The notes under the pieces are model-generated. The model was not told the origin of the DNA. It saw only the letters and a list, made by a program, of their open reading frames with translations, and did no database searches. This document shows positions 30,404 through 44,929 of a stretch of 64,000 nt of DNA, one piece after another (the stretch's first letter is position 1; each line of letters starts with the position of its first letter). A program made the position numbers and the translations under genes. The DNA is from Paraspadella gotoi (lineage: Eukaryota; Animalia; Chaetognatha): assembly GCA_051294375.1 (NCBI GenBank), contig CM119263.1, positions 23,090,833 through 23,154,832 of the forward strand, given 5' to 3'.

Positions 30404-31640
30404 ACAGAGAGGAATAAGATTACTACGAGTAAAAGAAAAAAAAAGTCCATTTTTTTTAAAAAAAACAAAAAAACAAAAACTCATTCGACGAAAAATAAAA
30501 AGAGGAAGCAAAGGGATCCTCGTCAAGAAAAGCAGCGGCTCCGCCAGACTCAATTCTTTCTTTTCGCATAATACATATGCAATTATGCATACGAGGTTAT
30601 GTAGGTCTTTTATCATCGGCGACGACTCATTTATCTCGGAATTCGATCGCAATTAATTTCCTCATTCTTCTCCCGACTCGCCTCTCTCTCTCTCTCTCTG
30701 TCTCTCCTTTTCTTTCGTTTCCCTTTTTTTTCTTTCTTTCTCGTCGTCAATGCAGAGGTTAAATTGTTTACGCGGTCATTCTCCTCCTTTTTTTCGTCGT
30801 CACGTCGGATTTCGTGTCAGACTCGACGAAAAGGAAGCGGAGAATCGGAAAATGCCGTAGCAGATTCCCGGGTTTAATCGATTCCGAACGTTGACCTAAA
30901 TTAGATAAATCATCGAACTTCGACGCCCAACGAAGGATTTCGAACAAAGGGCGGGGAAGATCGAGCCACCAGTTTCGAACCAAAAGGCGCGTCCTGTGCA
31001 CAAATAAAACAAAAAGAGATCGCTTCTCACCAACGACGAAAATTCGCCCCCTCCACAACGAGACCGGTGTGGGGGGGGAATGTTATATAAAGGGCAAAAT
31101 CAGAGAAGAATATTGACGAAATGAAAAAAAAAAAAAAAAAATAAATGACGATTTTTTCCAAGACTTTTTGATTTGATCTTGATTGGAAATTGGATATGAA
31201 CCCAGATTTTACATATTTATCGTTGTTTTTCAAATGATATTTTCGGAAAAAAAAAACGGGGAAATTATTTTAATGCAAGATTCGAAACATAAATGAATGT
31301 GCATCTTGATTCTGTCGCGAAAGCGTGCGACTTAGGCACGAATCACTGCTCTGTCTTTGAAAACATGAACGTAATATAGAGATACTATCGGGCTCTTCTT
31401 CTCTCTTGATATCGGGTTTCCCCGTCACCATCTCCTTAAACCATTTTAGTGCACCGTTCCCCGTCTCTAAAACCCGCGTCTTTGTCTCTAAAACTCCGTC
31501 CCGATCGCCACAACCCGTGACGACGGGTCGACGACGATTGACGTCAAAGCGATTCCTCCGATTCTAAAAAAATAAACTTCAATTTCGTTTCCCCCTCGTT
31601 TCTTCTCTCCCAGGGCGAATCAAAATGGGAAAAAATGTTT

Positions 31641-31671
<31 letters not shown>

Positions 31672-32875
31672 TAGTCGTGTTGGATTTTTTTTTTTTTTTT
31701 GCAATTCGTATTTGTCATCATCTTTGTCATGGACGGTTTCTTCAGCATTTGTCAATCGTTTTATTGTCATTCTGAAATTCCGAGTTTCCTCACTTTCGAT
31801 ATATAATTTTTTGTCATCATTGCCGACTAATTAGTTATTTTTTTTGTTCTTGATTTAGAACATCTTCGTTGTCACTGTTCGGGTGTCCTTTTCGTCGTTG
31901 TCATCGGGAGGATTCAGTGGAGACGAAACTTTCAACCGACAACGACCCGGCGACAGCAGATTGATTAGTTTACCTACTGACCAGTGATTTAAAGAAAGTG
32001 GTACAACAACTATCAAAGGAATGGATGATTTTATATACATTCGTACGCTATCTTCCCTTCACACTTATTTTGTTTTTGACATAGTCTTTGCTAAATGTCC
32101 TTAGTTTATAAACAAGTGTTATCATAAAAGGGTCACTTACCAATGTTTTTCTGACCATCTTCAGTGCGCCATTAATTAAAGTACGTTTCATTGGGCACCG
32201 GGTCGAAAATCGGGGCTGAGGTCTCAAGGTCGCTGCGCCATGGATTTCCCTCGGGCGACGACGACGACGACTACACAATGACGACGACGGCTTCGATGGC
32301 CGATGGGTAGCATGACAAATCTCTCTTCCTTCCTCCTTCCTTATGAAAAAAAAAAAAAAAAGAAAGAAAAACTTGACGACAATGACGAAGACTACGAAAG
32401 ACGACACGGAATGACGACTATTATGACGACGACGACGATCGTCTTCGTGGACGGAAGAAGAATAAAAAAAAAATCTTCATTCGACTTTCGTCTCTTTGCT
32501 TAATTTTATTATTTTTTTTAATGTTTTCGTCTGCGGACGAAAAGAGCGAAAAAAAAAAAGAACTGATTAATTTTTCTTCTCTCTCGTGTTTTGTCTCTCG
32601 ACGGGAGAGAAAAAAAAAAGGCTAATGACGCGACGACTTCGCGGTTTTCAAGTTCCTTCGTTTTTTTTCTATTCGTCTGTTTTGTGGCGATCGGCATTTC
32701 GAATATATTTTGAAACTGCCTTCCGTTAAAGAAAGTTTTCAATTTAAAAAAAAAAGGTTTAGCAACGAATACTATCATAATCATAATTTCATTTAAGTTA
32801 ATTCGTTACGTTGTCTCGACTCGCTATTTGCACGAAAAATAAACCTTGACATGGTCGCGTCCAAGGGTCGGCACC

Positions 32876-35140
32876 ATGGCCGCCTGGTACCGCGGACTCG
32901 CGCCCGCCTCCCCGCCGCCGGCGGCGAGAACCCAAACCGCCGACAATCAAACTCTCGTCCTATAAATTTTCCAACTCTGACGTGCCCGCCTGGGAATCAG
33001 GGTTTGCAGGTCAGGCGGGGAGAGGTATAGGCCTGGTTGGAAAACTTTATTACCTTCCACCCAAATTTTCGACCCTCAGATGCCGGGACCCAAGTGGCCC
33101 ATAGGCGGGGCGAACCAGGGCGCCGGCGGCGGATATTTGGTCTCCGCCGGTTACCATGGAACCACGGGCCTAGGTACACTCCGTCGGAACTTTCCTATTT
33201 CAATCAGGTTCGCATCGACGAGAAAAAAAAAAAAGAAATTAATTTTGATTCGAGAAGACGTTAAAATAAAAAGTGGCGAATGTTGATAATTTTATCTCTC
33301 GACGTTCAGTTATTTTTTTCCTTTCGTTTATCTTTACTCGTTAGATTCTCGCCTTTTTTTGGCTTCATTTTTTCTCATCGTTTCTATTCTCCAGGTGGCG
33401 CAAATCACCGACCACTCTTTCTCTCCTCCGCGGCGGCACGTGACGGTTGAAAAGGCTGGCTCACGGCATCACTTGCATCATCAACGTCACGGTCCAGATC
33501 CCGACTCTTCACATGCCCAAAGTTGAGAGCATACACCTCAGGTAGAGACTTGCTCGGTTGACCAAGAGTTGAGACCGAATTTAATCGGCCATTTTGGGCT
33601 TCGTTTTTTTGGTTTGTATTTTAAAGGGTTAATATTTTATATAGTGAAAGAACTTAACATAACAAATCTTAACTATTGTGCTGTGCCACACAAACTTTTA
33701 TCATCTGCATAATTTGTACAGTATATTAATTAATGATACTATTTTCTGAATTCAATGTTTTAAAATTTGTAAAAAACTGGTTACTAGAGTGATGTGAAAA
33801 TAATAAAATTTATAAAATTAAATTTAGCATATAAACTTAAAAATAAAAACCAATAAAATTTATTTTAAATATTAGACATTAGTGGGCACCAGTGACCTAT
33901 ATTATATATAATAATAAATATATAATAGCTAAATTCAAAATGCCTAAATTTTTTTAATTTTTTAAAACGAATTTCCTTGCAAAAAAGTTGATATAAGAAG
34001 GTTATTTCTTTTTTAAAAATTTTTTTTATTAAGTTGGCCAAAAATTTTTAATTTTCAGATTAATAACATATTTTTAAAAAAAGATTTATATTTTCTTTTA
34101 TCAACTTTTTATGAGGAATTTGAATTCTGTTCTCAGAACTTTTAAAATTTTTGAAATTTTGATATTATATAAGGGTAGTAATATATAAAAATAAGCTGCC
34201 TAAGCTTCATATACATAAAAAAAAATAACTACAGATTAGTATTCACTTATAGAAAGTTTTCAAAAATATAACTGCTAAATTTTGATTCCAAACTTTCACT
34301 TTACTCGACTGGTTACATCAAAATAATCGCATCCTCATAAGATGACGTATTTTTAATTACATGTACTACGTTATTTTTGTATCCGTAAAAAGATTTTCAA
34401 TAATTTTATGACAATTAAAGTCGGTCTTCAAATTTCATTTTGCTTCACTCCACTCTTCTCACCCCAGACTCGAGGATGATCCCCGGACCCGCCTCAACTA
34501 CTACTTCGACCCCGTCGCCGACAAAATCAAGGAAGTCGAGGAGCGGGGCGGTCGCACTCTGCTCCACTGGCGTCGCTGGAGTGAGTCGTAGCGCCTCCCT
34601 CACCATCGCCTACCTCGTCAAGCATCATCGAATGACGCTTGGCCAAGCTTATCTCCACGTCAAGGCGCGACGACCCATCATCCGACCCAACCTTGGCTTT
34701 TGGCGCCAACTAATGGACTACGAAAAGAAGCAACGCGGATGTTCGACGGTCCGAATGGTCAATTCGCCCGTGGGTCCAAATCCCCGACGCTCTATCGGAC
34801 GACGCCTAAATCCTTCGCCTCGTTGCCGACCGGACACGGGAGTCTCTTTCGCGCCGGAATTAGCGCCGGCCGCTTCGCCGCTCGTTGTTGCCGCCGCCGG
34901 CGCCGGGGCGACCGCCGGCGCCCCGGCATCGACGGGGGCGTCGCGACTTCCGGCTTGAAACAGAGACAAAACTCCTCGTCGGGTCTCTCGCCGACGCTTG
35001 GCGCGCCGCGGAGAGCAGAAAAAGCCAGGGAGGCGGCGCTGGAGCCGGCGGACAGAGCAGCTACTTTCCGACGCCGCCGTCCTCGAGCGACGCTGTCGTC
35101 GGCGCTATTCGAAGTCGCACACAGTTTCTTTTTTTGCAAA
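32876..35140 (+). pseudogene. Frameshifted duplicate of the DUSP14/18/21-like phosphatase (pseudogene or low-quality assembly copy)
   Basis: Same exons as 42652-44929 but with multiple 1-bp indels, including CACTGGCGTC at ~34565-34574, which disrupts the catalytic HC motif. Confidence 0.7.
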
Positions 35141-35989
35141 TCGACGGCCGACCATTCTCTTTGCATTTCCTTTGGGATCCAAAGATTTTTTTTTTATTAA
35201 TGATATTTATTTATATTTTTTGGAATGTTATTTGTAAAATTTAATAGATTTTTTTTCCTTTCCGAGGAAAGAATTTAGCGAAAGTGGCCAACTGAATTGA
35301 AAAATTTTGCGAACGCTAGTCACGCGCATGCCTTGCTTTGCGGATTAATCGTACATATTTTTATAGTATTTTCCGAACTTACAGAATATTCATTTAGTAA
35401 ATAATTTTTTTTAGAGAGTACATCCTCTTCGACGAAACTCAATATATTTGATCAATCAGTTTTTTTGCCTTTTTTTCTTTATTGTTTTCCAGTTGTATCT
35501 GTAATAAATTATTATTTAGTACTGTCATCATTTCTGCATTTCTTGTAATTAAAACATTTTCTTTATGTAATTGTTGTCGAACCAAGAGATTGAGTAAACG
35601 TTTTGTATTGATTCAGGATGGCTTTTTGATTGAATTGTTGGTTCAGAAAAAGTTGTATAAAATTAAAAAAAACATTTTCGAAGTCGAAAATTTCGGTTTT
35701 GCTTTTATTTCTCCAAGAAATTAAGAAATGAGAACTGATAAGGGATGCAAGGAAGGAATTCAAAAGAGCTAAAAAGGAAAGAAATCATTTTGCGGGAAAA
35801 AGGAAAAATGACGGATAGAGGAAAGAATAGGTAAAGGCATAACTCAGAAAAGGATAAAAAAAAAAAAAAAAAAGAAGAGAAGGTGGACAACGAGATGCCT
35901 CTCATGGGATGTGACAATTTCCCTTTTATGAGTTGTCTCCGGATTTCGTTTTCAAATCCTTTTTAGAATCTCTCTCTCTCTCTCTCGTA

Positions 35990-36037
<48 letters not shown>

Positions 36038-36793
36038 CCATTCCTGCTCTATCCCTCCCTAATCTTTTCTCTCTGCCCGCGGACCGGAAATCCCGAGGCG
36101 GCGGTGGTGGCGGTGTAGATGTGGTAGAGACGGGTTGAAAGTGACGAGGTGGGAAGGCTAAGAATTTTTAATAATAAACTATGGTATATGGTATAGTTGG
36201 ACAGTAAACATCGGACTTATTATTGTGGCATCACGGATTAAATCAGAAAGGGAACGCCTCGGAGTTTAGAGAATTAACAAATTATTCTGTCTCGCGAAGT
36301 GAATAAATAGACGAGAAGGGACGTCACTTGTTACGCGAAAGAAGTTGGAGATGATAAATTAAATAGAAATAAAATGTCGTAAACTCGATGGTATGTTAAA
36401 ACTAAATCGAACAAGTTCCACACATTGCAGGTATGAGGAATTTTAAACGGACGACCTAGCGCTAGCAATGTCACCGCTCAACCAGATTTATTAATCATTT
36501 CCTTCGTTGCTCGATTATCGAAACTTAATCAAAGCCATGATTAATACCCTTAATTAATACTGCGGCGAACGAAGCCGCGTTTTGACGGAAAGCAAGAGAA
36601 CTCGGGAGAGAGAGAAGATTTCTTTTTTTGAAATATTTAATTTCGATGATGTTCGGGAGTTATGAGGAATTTGTCAAACGCGCCTCTCTCTTCGTCTCTC
36701 TCTCTCTCTCTGTTCTCTCTTCTCTCTCTCTCTCTTCTCTCTCTGCTCTCTCTCTCTCTCTCTGTTTCTCTCTCCTCTCTCTCTCTCTCTCTT

Positions 36794-36856
<63 letters not shown>

Positions 36857-39356
36857 ACCTTAACTGTGGTTTGCGTGGGCTAATCTCTGATCTTCGTTTT
36901 TAATTATTAGCGACGAAGGCAAAATATTTTTTTTTTTTCTCGACTAAGACTTCCGGGACAGAAATAAACAAAAATTACAAACTTCATGGATATTTATCAA
37001 CAAAAAAAACAATGATGGAGAGAATCAGAACAAGGGTAAAATCGGTAAAACCGGTTTAGTGTCTAAACTTAGGGATCATTTAAAAAAATATTAAGGTCAA
37101 GAGAAAGAGATATACAAAGATCGCATCGCGAGTTTTTATGTTAACTATGTATGTTTTTCTTATTCCATTCATGTAGTCATATTGTATCTCCACTTTACTC
37201 GCTCAGCCCACTACCACTAAACAACCAACTGCACCCACAACCACCTCTATTCCTACCCACAACGCTCTCCACTCACCCACTGCTCCGTCCACCTATTTTC
37301 CTCTCTCAAAAAATAAAAAAATCATCCCGACGCCGAAGTTGATTTTCCTTTTTTTCCTTCAGATTTTTTTCCCTCTGAAACCTCAGGTCAATCCCCGAGC
37401 AGCAATTCGAGTTAAATCGTAGTCGTCGTCATCGTCGCTCGCCATCGTTGCTTCTGCTTCGTCGTCTTCATCTTCTGTGTCGTCGTCTTCGTCGTCGTTA
37501 TCGTCTTCGTATTCCTCGTTTTTCGTCTTCATGATGTCGTCAGCGTCGTCGTCGTTAACGTCGTGGTCATCTTCGTGTTTCATACATCTAAATTTTTGTC
37601 TCCTTTTGTTTTTTTTACTCTCCTTCGTTTCTTGTTCTTTCATTTCTCCGTTGACGTTTCAAAGTCGTTGTCGCCGCAGCCGCCCACAAGCCGCTGCCCG
37701 CGGCGCTGCCGCTATCATTCTCCCCGTCACTGCCGTCGCCGTTATCCGTCCCCGTATTCTTTCGATGGTTTTTCAATATAATAATAATTTCAACTGTTGT
37801 TGTTAACGTCTTCGAGATCATAATTTTAACTCTCAAACATCGGTGGTCGTCGTCGTCGTCGTCATTTCCGCCGCTGTCGCCGCCGCCGCCATTCGTCGCC
37901 GCCGCCGCTCTTTACCCCCTCTTCAGCGTGCGTCGTCTCGATTAATTATTGTCGCTAATTCCCGTCGTTTCGGATTGTTCGCGTCGAAACTCGGTCCATT
38001 TCAAAGTCAAAACCGAAGTTACGGACTTATGTCCTCTAAAAACATCATATTAACGCTTTCGATAATGTCGTCTCTCCAACGACCTTCGATATTGTCGAAG
38101 TTGTTGTTATAGGTGTCGTCGTCGTCGTCGTCGTCGGCCATTGGAAACGAAGCCGGTCGTTCGACAGGAGAGGCAGGGGGTAGGGAAAGATTTAACGATT
38201 AAATAGGTGGGAACTGTGGAGGAATGGTCGGAAATGAGTTAAATAATGTAAGATCAAAAAGTCTTAAGTAATTACATGTATATATTAATAACTTTTATAT
38301 AGAAACAATATCTCGAAAAAATGGGGAAGAGAAGGAGTGGAAGCAGGAAACCTACGAGGCAGGGGTCGGGGCGGAGAAATCTTTCAGGAAACGAAGTTTT
38401 GCGGAGAGAAACGACATTCGGTTATAACAAACGGGGCAAAAACTGGCGAGAGAGAGAGAGAGCAGAGAGAGAGAGAGAGAGAGAGAGATGAGAGATAGAG
38501 AGAGATGAGAGAGAGAGAGAGAGAGAGAGAGTAGAGAGAGAAGTAAGGGGATTACCAATCCATCCAATTTTTAGAGAAAAAATATTCCATCGTTTCGGGA
38601 ATTTTTCTAAGAGCGGGGCAATCTATATCATATCTGGGTCATCCAATCCTCCGATTTCGATTACATCTGTTTTTAAATCCGAAAATTCTCATTCGATTTT
38701 TATGACATCCGGGTTTATTCCTCGTGAAATCCGAGGAAGTCGAAGATCAAAGAATCGCCGCCCTCTTGACTTGGACACTGAGAAGGGGAAAAAAAAATTC
38801 GGTTTTGCTATCTTAAGCCTTTTCAAGTCTTTTTGCATGTCTGTCCAATTTCAGTGCGACATGTGTCTGTAATTTTTTTTATTCCTTAAAACTTTTGACT
38901 TCCTTCATGAACAGTCTGAAAATACCGTTCATTGTAATTGACAAGCGATTGCCGCGATTGACGCAAGGGATTTTGGCGATTGGCGCAAAAGGCTAATGCG
39001 GAGTAGGATTAGATTGGCGGATTGACGCAAGTGACAAATTGTGCTGACGGAGTGGCGCCTAAGCATAATGGCGTAGTGGCGGCGAGGAAAGGGACAAGGG
39101 AGGAAAGGAAAGGGGAAGGGAAGAAAAAGGAAGAAGGGAGGAAGAAGGACAAGGGTGGAAAGGGAAAAGGGAGGAAAGGAAAGGGGAAGGGAAGAAAAGG
39201 CAGCGGAAGACGAACGCGAACCCGAAAAAAACTACACCTGAGCTTAAAAATCTGTCGCTCCACCATTTTTTTTGAGAGAGAAAAAAAATTGAGACTAAGC
39301 TCAGGTTTAATTTTCTTTTATTTCATAGTTCTTTCTTTTTCTTTTTTTCTTTCTAA

Positions 39357-39403
<47 letters not shown>

Positions 39404-40138
39404 TCATTCTATCTTTATTTCTTTCATTCTATCTATCTTTCTTTCTTTATTTCTTTCTTTTTTTCCTTCTTTCTTTCTTTTCGTTGGAATAAAATTTTTC
39501 GGAGAATGAGAAACCAAAAGAAAAAAAATATGAATAAAATTGAAAAGAAGACAACAAAACTTTTTCCACTCTTCAGTTTTCTTTTTTTATTTTATTTTCC
39601 TTTTTTTTTTGCATCTGCGTCGCTCGACATTCGCGGACTTTCCAAAAAAAAAAGAAGAAAAACTCGCGAATGAAAATTATGATTGTACTTTACGAAATGT
39701 TAAAAAAATAAGAAGAAAATAAAAACAATAGTATTTCCTCGTCTAGTTTATGTTTTGAACCTCATTACTCGGTTGTTGTTGTTGTTGTTTTTTTGTTGTT
39801 GTTTTTTTTTTTCAAACCCGAAAAGAAAAATGATCCACGTGTGCGAGGAGAGAAAAAGACGGATGCACGACTTGGCGGGCATCTGTCGGAATTACTTTTC
39901 ACGCCATCTTTATATGAGAAATTGATAAACAAAAGAACAAAACGACGGCGAAAGCGTTGGAAGGGGGGCGGCGAGAGGGGGGGGGAAGAGTTGAGGAAGA
40001 GAAAAAAATATCAATTTCTAAAACTCGTCATTAACAAACAAAACTCGTCGGCAACGGTGGAAGACGACGAGCATCGGCGACGTCGCGAGCAGGTATCCTC
40101 GAAATGAAAAATATCCCGAACGCGGAGAGACGAGAGAG

Positions 40139-40174
<36 letters not shown>

Positions 40175-40183
40175 GAAGAGAGA

Positions 40184-40219
<36 letters not shown>

Positions 40220-42651
40220 CAGAGAGGATAAGATAACTACGGAGTAAAAGAAAAAAAAAGTCCATTTTTTCTTTAAAAAAAACAAAAAAACAAAAAACTC
40301 ATTCGACGAAAATAAAAAGAGGAAGCAAAGGGATCCTCGTCAAGAAAAGCAGCGGCTCCGCCAGACTCAATTTCTTCTTTTCGCATAATACATATGCAAT
40401 TATGCATACGAGGTTATGTAGGTCTTTTATCATCGGCGACGACTCATTTATCTCGGAATTCGATCGCATTAATTTCCTCATTCTCCCGACTCGCTCTCTC
40501 TCTCTCTCTCTGTCTCTCCTTTTCTTCGTTTCCCTTTTTTTTCTTTCTTTCTCGTCGTCAATGCAGAGGTTAAATTGTTTACGCGGTCATTCTCCTCCTT
40601 TTTTCGTCGTCACGTCGGATTTCGTGTCAGACTCGACGAGAAAATGGAAGCCGCGATTCCCGGGTTTTAATCGATTCCGAACGTTGACCTAAATTAGATA
40701 ATCATCGAACTTCGACGCCAACGAAGATTTCGAACAAAGGGCGGGGAAGATCGAGCCACCAGTTTCGAACAAAAGGCGTCTGTGCACAATAAAACAAAAA
40801 GAGATCGGCTTCTCACCAACGACGAAATTCGCCCCCCTCCACAACGAGACCGGTGTGGGGGGGAATGTTTATATAAAGGGCAAAATCAGAGAAGAATATT
40901 GACGAAATGAAAAAAAAAAAAAAATTAAATGACGATTTTTCCAAGACTTTTTGATTTGATCTTGATTGGAAATTGGATATGACCCAGATTTTACATATTT
41001 ATCGTTGTTTCAAATGATATTTTCGGAAAAAAAAAACGGGGAAATTATTTTAATGCAAGATTCGAAACATAAATGAATGTGCATCTTGATTCTTGTTCGA
41101 AAGCGTGCGACTTAGGCACGATCACTGCTCTGTCTTTGAAAATCATGAACGTAATATAGATACTATCGGGGCCTCTTTCTCTCTTGATATCGGGTTTTCC
41201 CCCGTCACCATCTCTAAACCATTTAGTGCACCCGTTCCCCGTCTCTAAAACCCGCGTCTTCGTCTCTAAAACTTCCGTCCCGATCGCCACAACCCGTGAC
41301 GACGGGTCGACGACGATGACGTCAAAGCGATTCCTCCGATTCTAAAAATAAACTTCAATTTCGTTTCCCCCTCGTTTCTTCTCTCCCAGGGCGAATCAAA
41401 ATGGGAAAAAATGTTTGTCGTCGTCGTCGTCGTCGTCGTCATAGTCGTGTTGGATTTTTTTTTTTTTTTTGCAATTCGTATTTGTCATCATCTTTGTCAT
41501 GGACGGTTTCTTCAGCATTTGTCAATCGTTTTATTGTCATTCTGAAATTCGCGAGTTTCCTCACTTTCGATATATATTTTTTGTCATCATTGCCGACTAA
41601 TTAGTTATTTTTTTTGTTCTTGATTAGAACATCTTCGTTGTCACTGTTCGGTGTCCTTTTCGTCGTTGTCATCGGGAGGATTCAGTGGAGACGAAACTTT
41701 CAACCGACAACGACCCGGCGACAGCAGATTGATTAGTTTACCTACTGACCAGTGATTAAAGAAAGTGGTACAACAACTATCAAAGGAATGGATGATTTTT
41801 ATATACATTCGTACGCTATCTTCCCTTCACACTTATTTTTGTTTTTGACTATAGTCTTTGCTAAATGTCCTTTAGTTTTATAAACAAGTGTTATCATAAA
41901 GGGTCACTTACCAATGTTTTTCTGACCATCTTCAGTGCGCCATTAATTTAAAGTACGTTTCATTGGGCACCGGGTCGAAAATCGGGGCTGAGGTCTCAAG
42001 GTCGCTGCGCCATGGATTTCCCTCGGCGACGACGACGACGACTACAATGACGACGACGGCTTCGATGGCCGATGGGTAGCATGACAAATCTCTCTTCCTT
42101 CCTCCTTCCTTGAAAAAAAAAAAAAAAAGAAAGAAAAAAACTTGACGACAATGACGAAGACTACGAAAGACGACGACGGAAATGACGACTATTATGACGA
42201 CGACGACATCGTCTTCGTGGACGGAAGAAGAATAAAAAAAAAATCTTCATTCGACTTTCGTCTCTTTTGCTTAATTTTATTTATTTTTTTTTAATGTTTT
42301 CGTCTGCGGACGAAAAGAGCGAAAAAAAAAAAAGAACTGATTAATTTTTCTTCTCTCTCGTGTTTTGTCACTCGACGGAAAGAAAAAAAAAAGGCTAATG
42401 ACGCGACTCCTTCGCGGTTTTCAAGTTTCCTTCGTTTTTTTTCTATTCGTCTGTTTTGTGGCGATCGGCATTTTCGAATATATTTTGAAACTGCCGTCCG
42501 TTAAAGAAAGTTTTCAATTTAAAAAAAAAAAGGTTTAGCAACGAATACTATCATAATCATAATTTCATTTAAGTTAATTCGTTACGTTGTCTCGACTCGC
42601 TATTTGCACGAAAAATAAACCTTGACATGGTCGCGTCCAAGGGTCGGCACC

Positions 42652-44929
42652 ATGGCCGCCTGGTACCGCGGACTCGCGCCGCCTCCGCCGCCGCCGGCGG
42701 CGAAACCCAAACCGCCGACAATCAAACTCTCGTCCTATAAATTTTCCAACTCTGACGTGGCCCGCCTGGGAATCAGGGTTTTGCAGGTCAGGCGGGGAGA
42801 GGTATTGGCCTGGTTGGAAAACTTTATTACCTTCCACCCAAATTTTCGACCCTCAGATGCCGGGACCCAAGTGGCCCATTGGCGGGGCGAACCAGGGCGC
42901 CGGCGGCGGATATTTGGTCTCCGCCGGTTACCATGGAAACCACGGGCCGAGGTACACTCCGTCGGAACTTTCCTATTTCAATCAGGTTCGCATCGACGGA
43001 GAAAAAAAAAAAAGAAATTAATTTTGATTCGAGAAGCGATTAAAATAAAAAGTGGCGAATGTTGATAATTTTATCTCTCGACGTTCAGTTATTTTTTTCC
43101 TTTCGTTTTATCTTTACTCGTTAGATTCTCGCCTTTTGTTTTGGCTTCATTTTTTTCTCATCGTTTCTATTCTCCAGGTGGCGCAAATCACCGACCAACT
43201 CTTTCTCTCCTCCGCGGCGGCTGTGACGGTTGAAAAGGCGTTGGCTCACGGCATCACTTGCATCATCAACGTCACGGTCCAGATCCCGACTCTTCACATG
43301 CCCAAAGTTGAGAGCATACACCTCAGGTGAGAATTGCTCGGTTGACCAAGAGTTGAGACCGAATTTAATCGGCCATTTTGGGCTTCGTTTTTTTGGTTTG
43401 TTATTTTAAAGGGTTAATATTTTATATAGTAGAGAAACTTAACATAACAAATCTTAACTATTGTGCTGTGCCACACAAACTTTATCATCTGCATAAATTT
43501 GTACAGATATATTAATTAATGATACTATTTTCTGAATTCAATGTTTTAAAATTTGTAAAAAACTGGTTACTAGAGTGATGTGAAAATAATAAAATTTTAT
43601 AAAATTAAAATTTAGCATATAGAGCTTAAAAATAAAAACCAATAAAATTTATTTTTTTAATATTAGACATTAGTGGGCACCAGTGACCTATATTTATATA
43701 TAATAATAAATATATAATATGCTAAAATTTCAAAATGCAAATTTTTTTAATTTTAAAACGAATTTCCTTGCAAAAAGTTGATATAAGAAGGTTTATTTCT
43801 TTTTTAAAAATTTTTTTATTAAGTTGGCCAAAAATTTTTAATTTTCAGATTAATAACATTATTTTTAAAAAAGATTTATATTTTCTTTTATCAACTTTTT
43901 ATGAGGAATTTGAATCTGTTCTCAGAACTTTTAAAATTATTTTGAAATTTTGATATTATATAAGGGTAGTAATATATAAAAAATAAGCTGCCTAAGCTTC
44001 AATATACATAAAAAAAAATAACTACAGATTAGTATTCACTTATATGAAAGTTTTCAAAATATAACTGCTAAATTTTGATTCCAAACTTTCACTTTACTCG
44101 ACTGGTTACATCAAAATAATCGCATCCTCATAAGATACGTTATTTTTAATTACATGTACTACGTTAATTTTTGTATCCGTAAAAAGATTTTCAAATAATT
44201 TTATGACAATTGAAGTCGGTCTTCAAATTTCATTTTGCTTCACTCCACTCTTCTCACCCCAGACTCGAGGATGATCCCCGGACCCGCCTCAACTACTACT
44301 TCGACCCCGTCGCCGACAAAATCAAGGAAGTCGAGGAGCGGGGCGGTCGCACTCTGCTCCACTGCGTCGCTGGAGTGAGTCGTAGCGCCTCCCTCACCAT
44401 CGCCTACCTCGTCAAGCATCATCGAATGACGCTGCGCCAAGCTTATCTCCACGTCAAGGCGCGACGACCCATCATCCGACCCAACCTTGGCTTTTGGCGC
44501 CAACTAATGGACTACGAAAAGAAGCAACGCGGATGTTCGACGGTCACGATGGTCAATTCGCCCGTGGGTCAAATCCCCGACGTCTATCGCGACGACGCTA
44601 AATCCTTCGCCTCGTTGCCGACCGGACACGGGAGTCTCTTCGCGCCGGGAATTAGCGCCGGTGCCGCTTCGCCGCTCGTTGTTGCCGCCGCCGGCGCCGG
44701 GGCGACCGCCGGCGCCCCGGCATCGACGGGGGCGTCGCGACTTCCGGCGTTGAAACAGAGACAAAACTCCTCGTCGGGTCTCTCGCCGACGCTTGGCGGC
44801 GCCGCGGAGAGCAGAAAAGCCAGGGGAGGCGGCGCTGGAGCCGGCGGACAGAGCAGCTACTTTCCGACGCCGCCGTCCTCGACGACGCTGTCGTCGAGGT
44901 ATTCGAAGTCGCACAGTTTCTTTTTTTGA
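42652..44929 (+). CDS. Atypical dual-specificity phosphatase, DUSP14/18/21-like, 4 coding exons
   Basis: Exons ~42652-42786, 42858-42986, 43178-43326, 44263-44929. VAQITDQLFLS, GITCIINVT, YFDPVADKI, catalytic HCVAGVSRSAS, AYLVK, RPIIRPNLGFWRQLMDYE and MVNSPVGQIPDVY are present. The start codon and C-terminal end are less certain. Confidence 0.9.

Noticed and set aside
26496-30762. Many ORFs rich in ER/SL/KE/FL
   Set aside because: Translations of CT/GA and purine-rich simple repeats with no domain signal.
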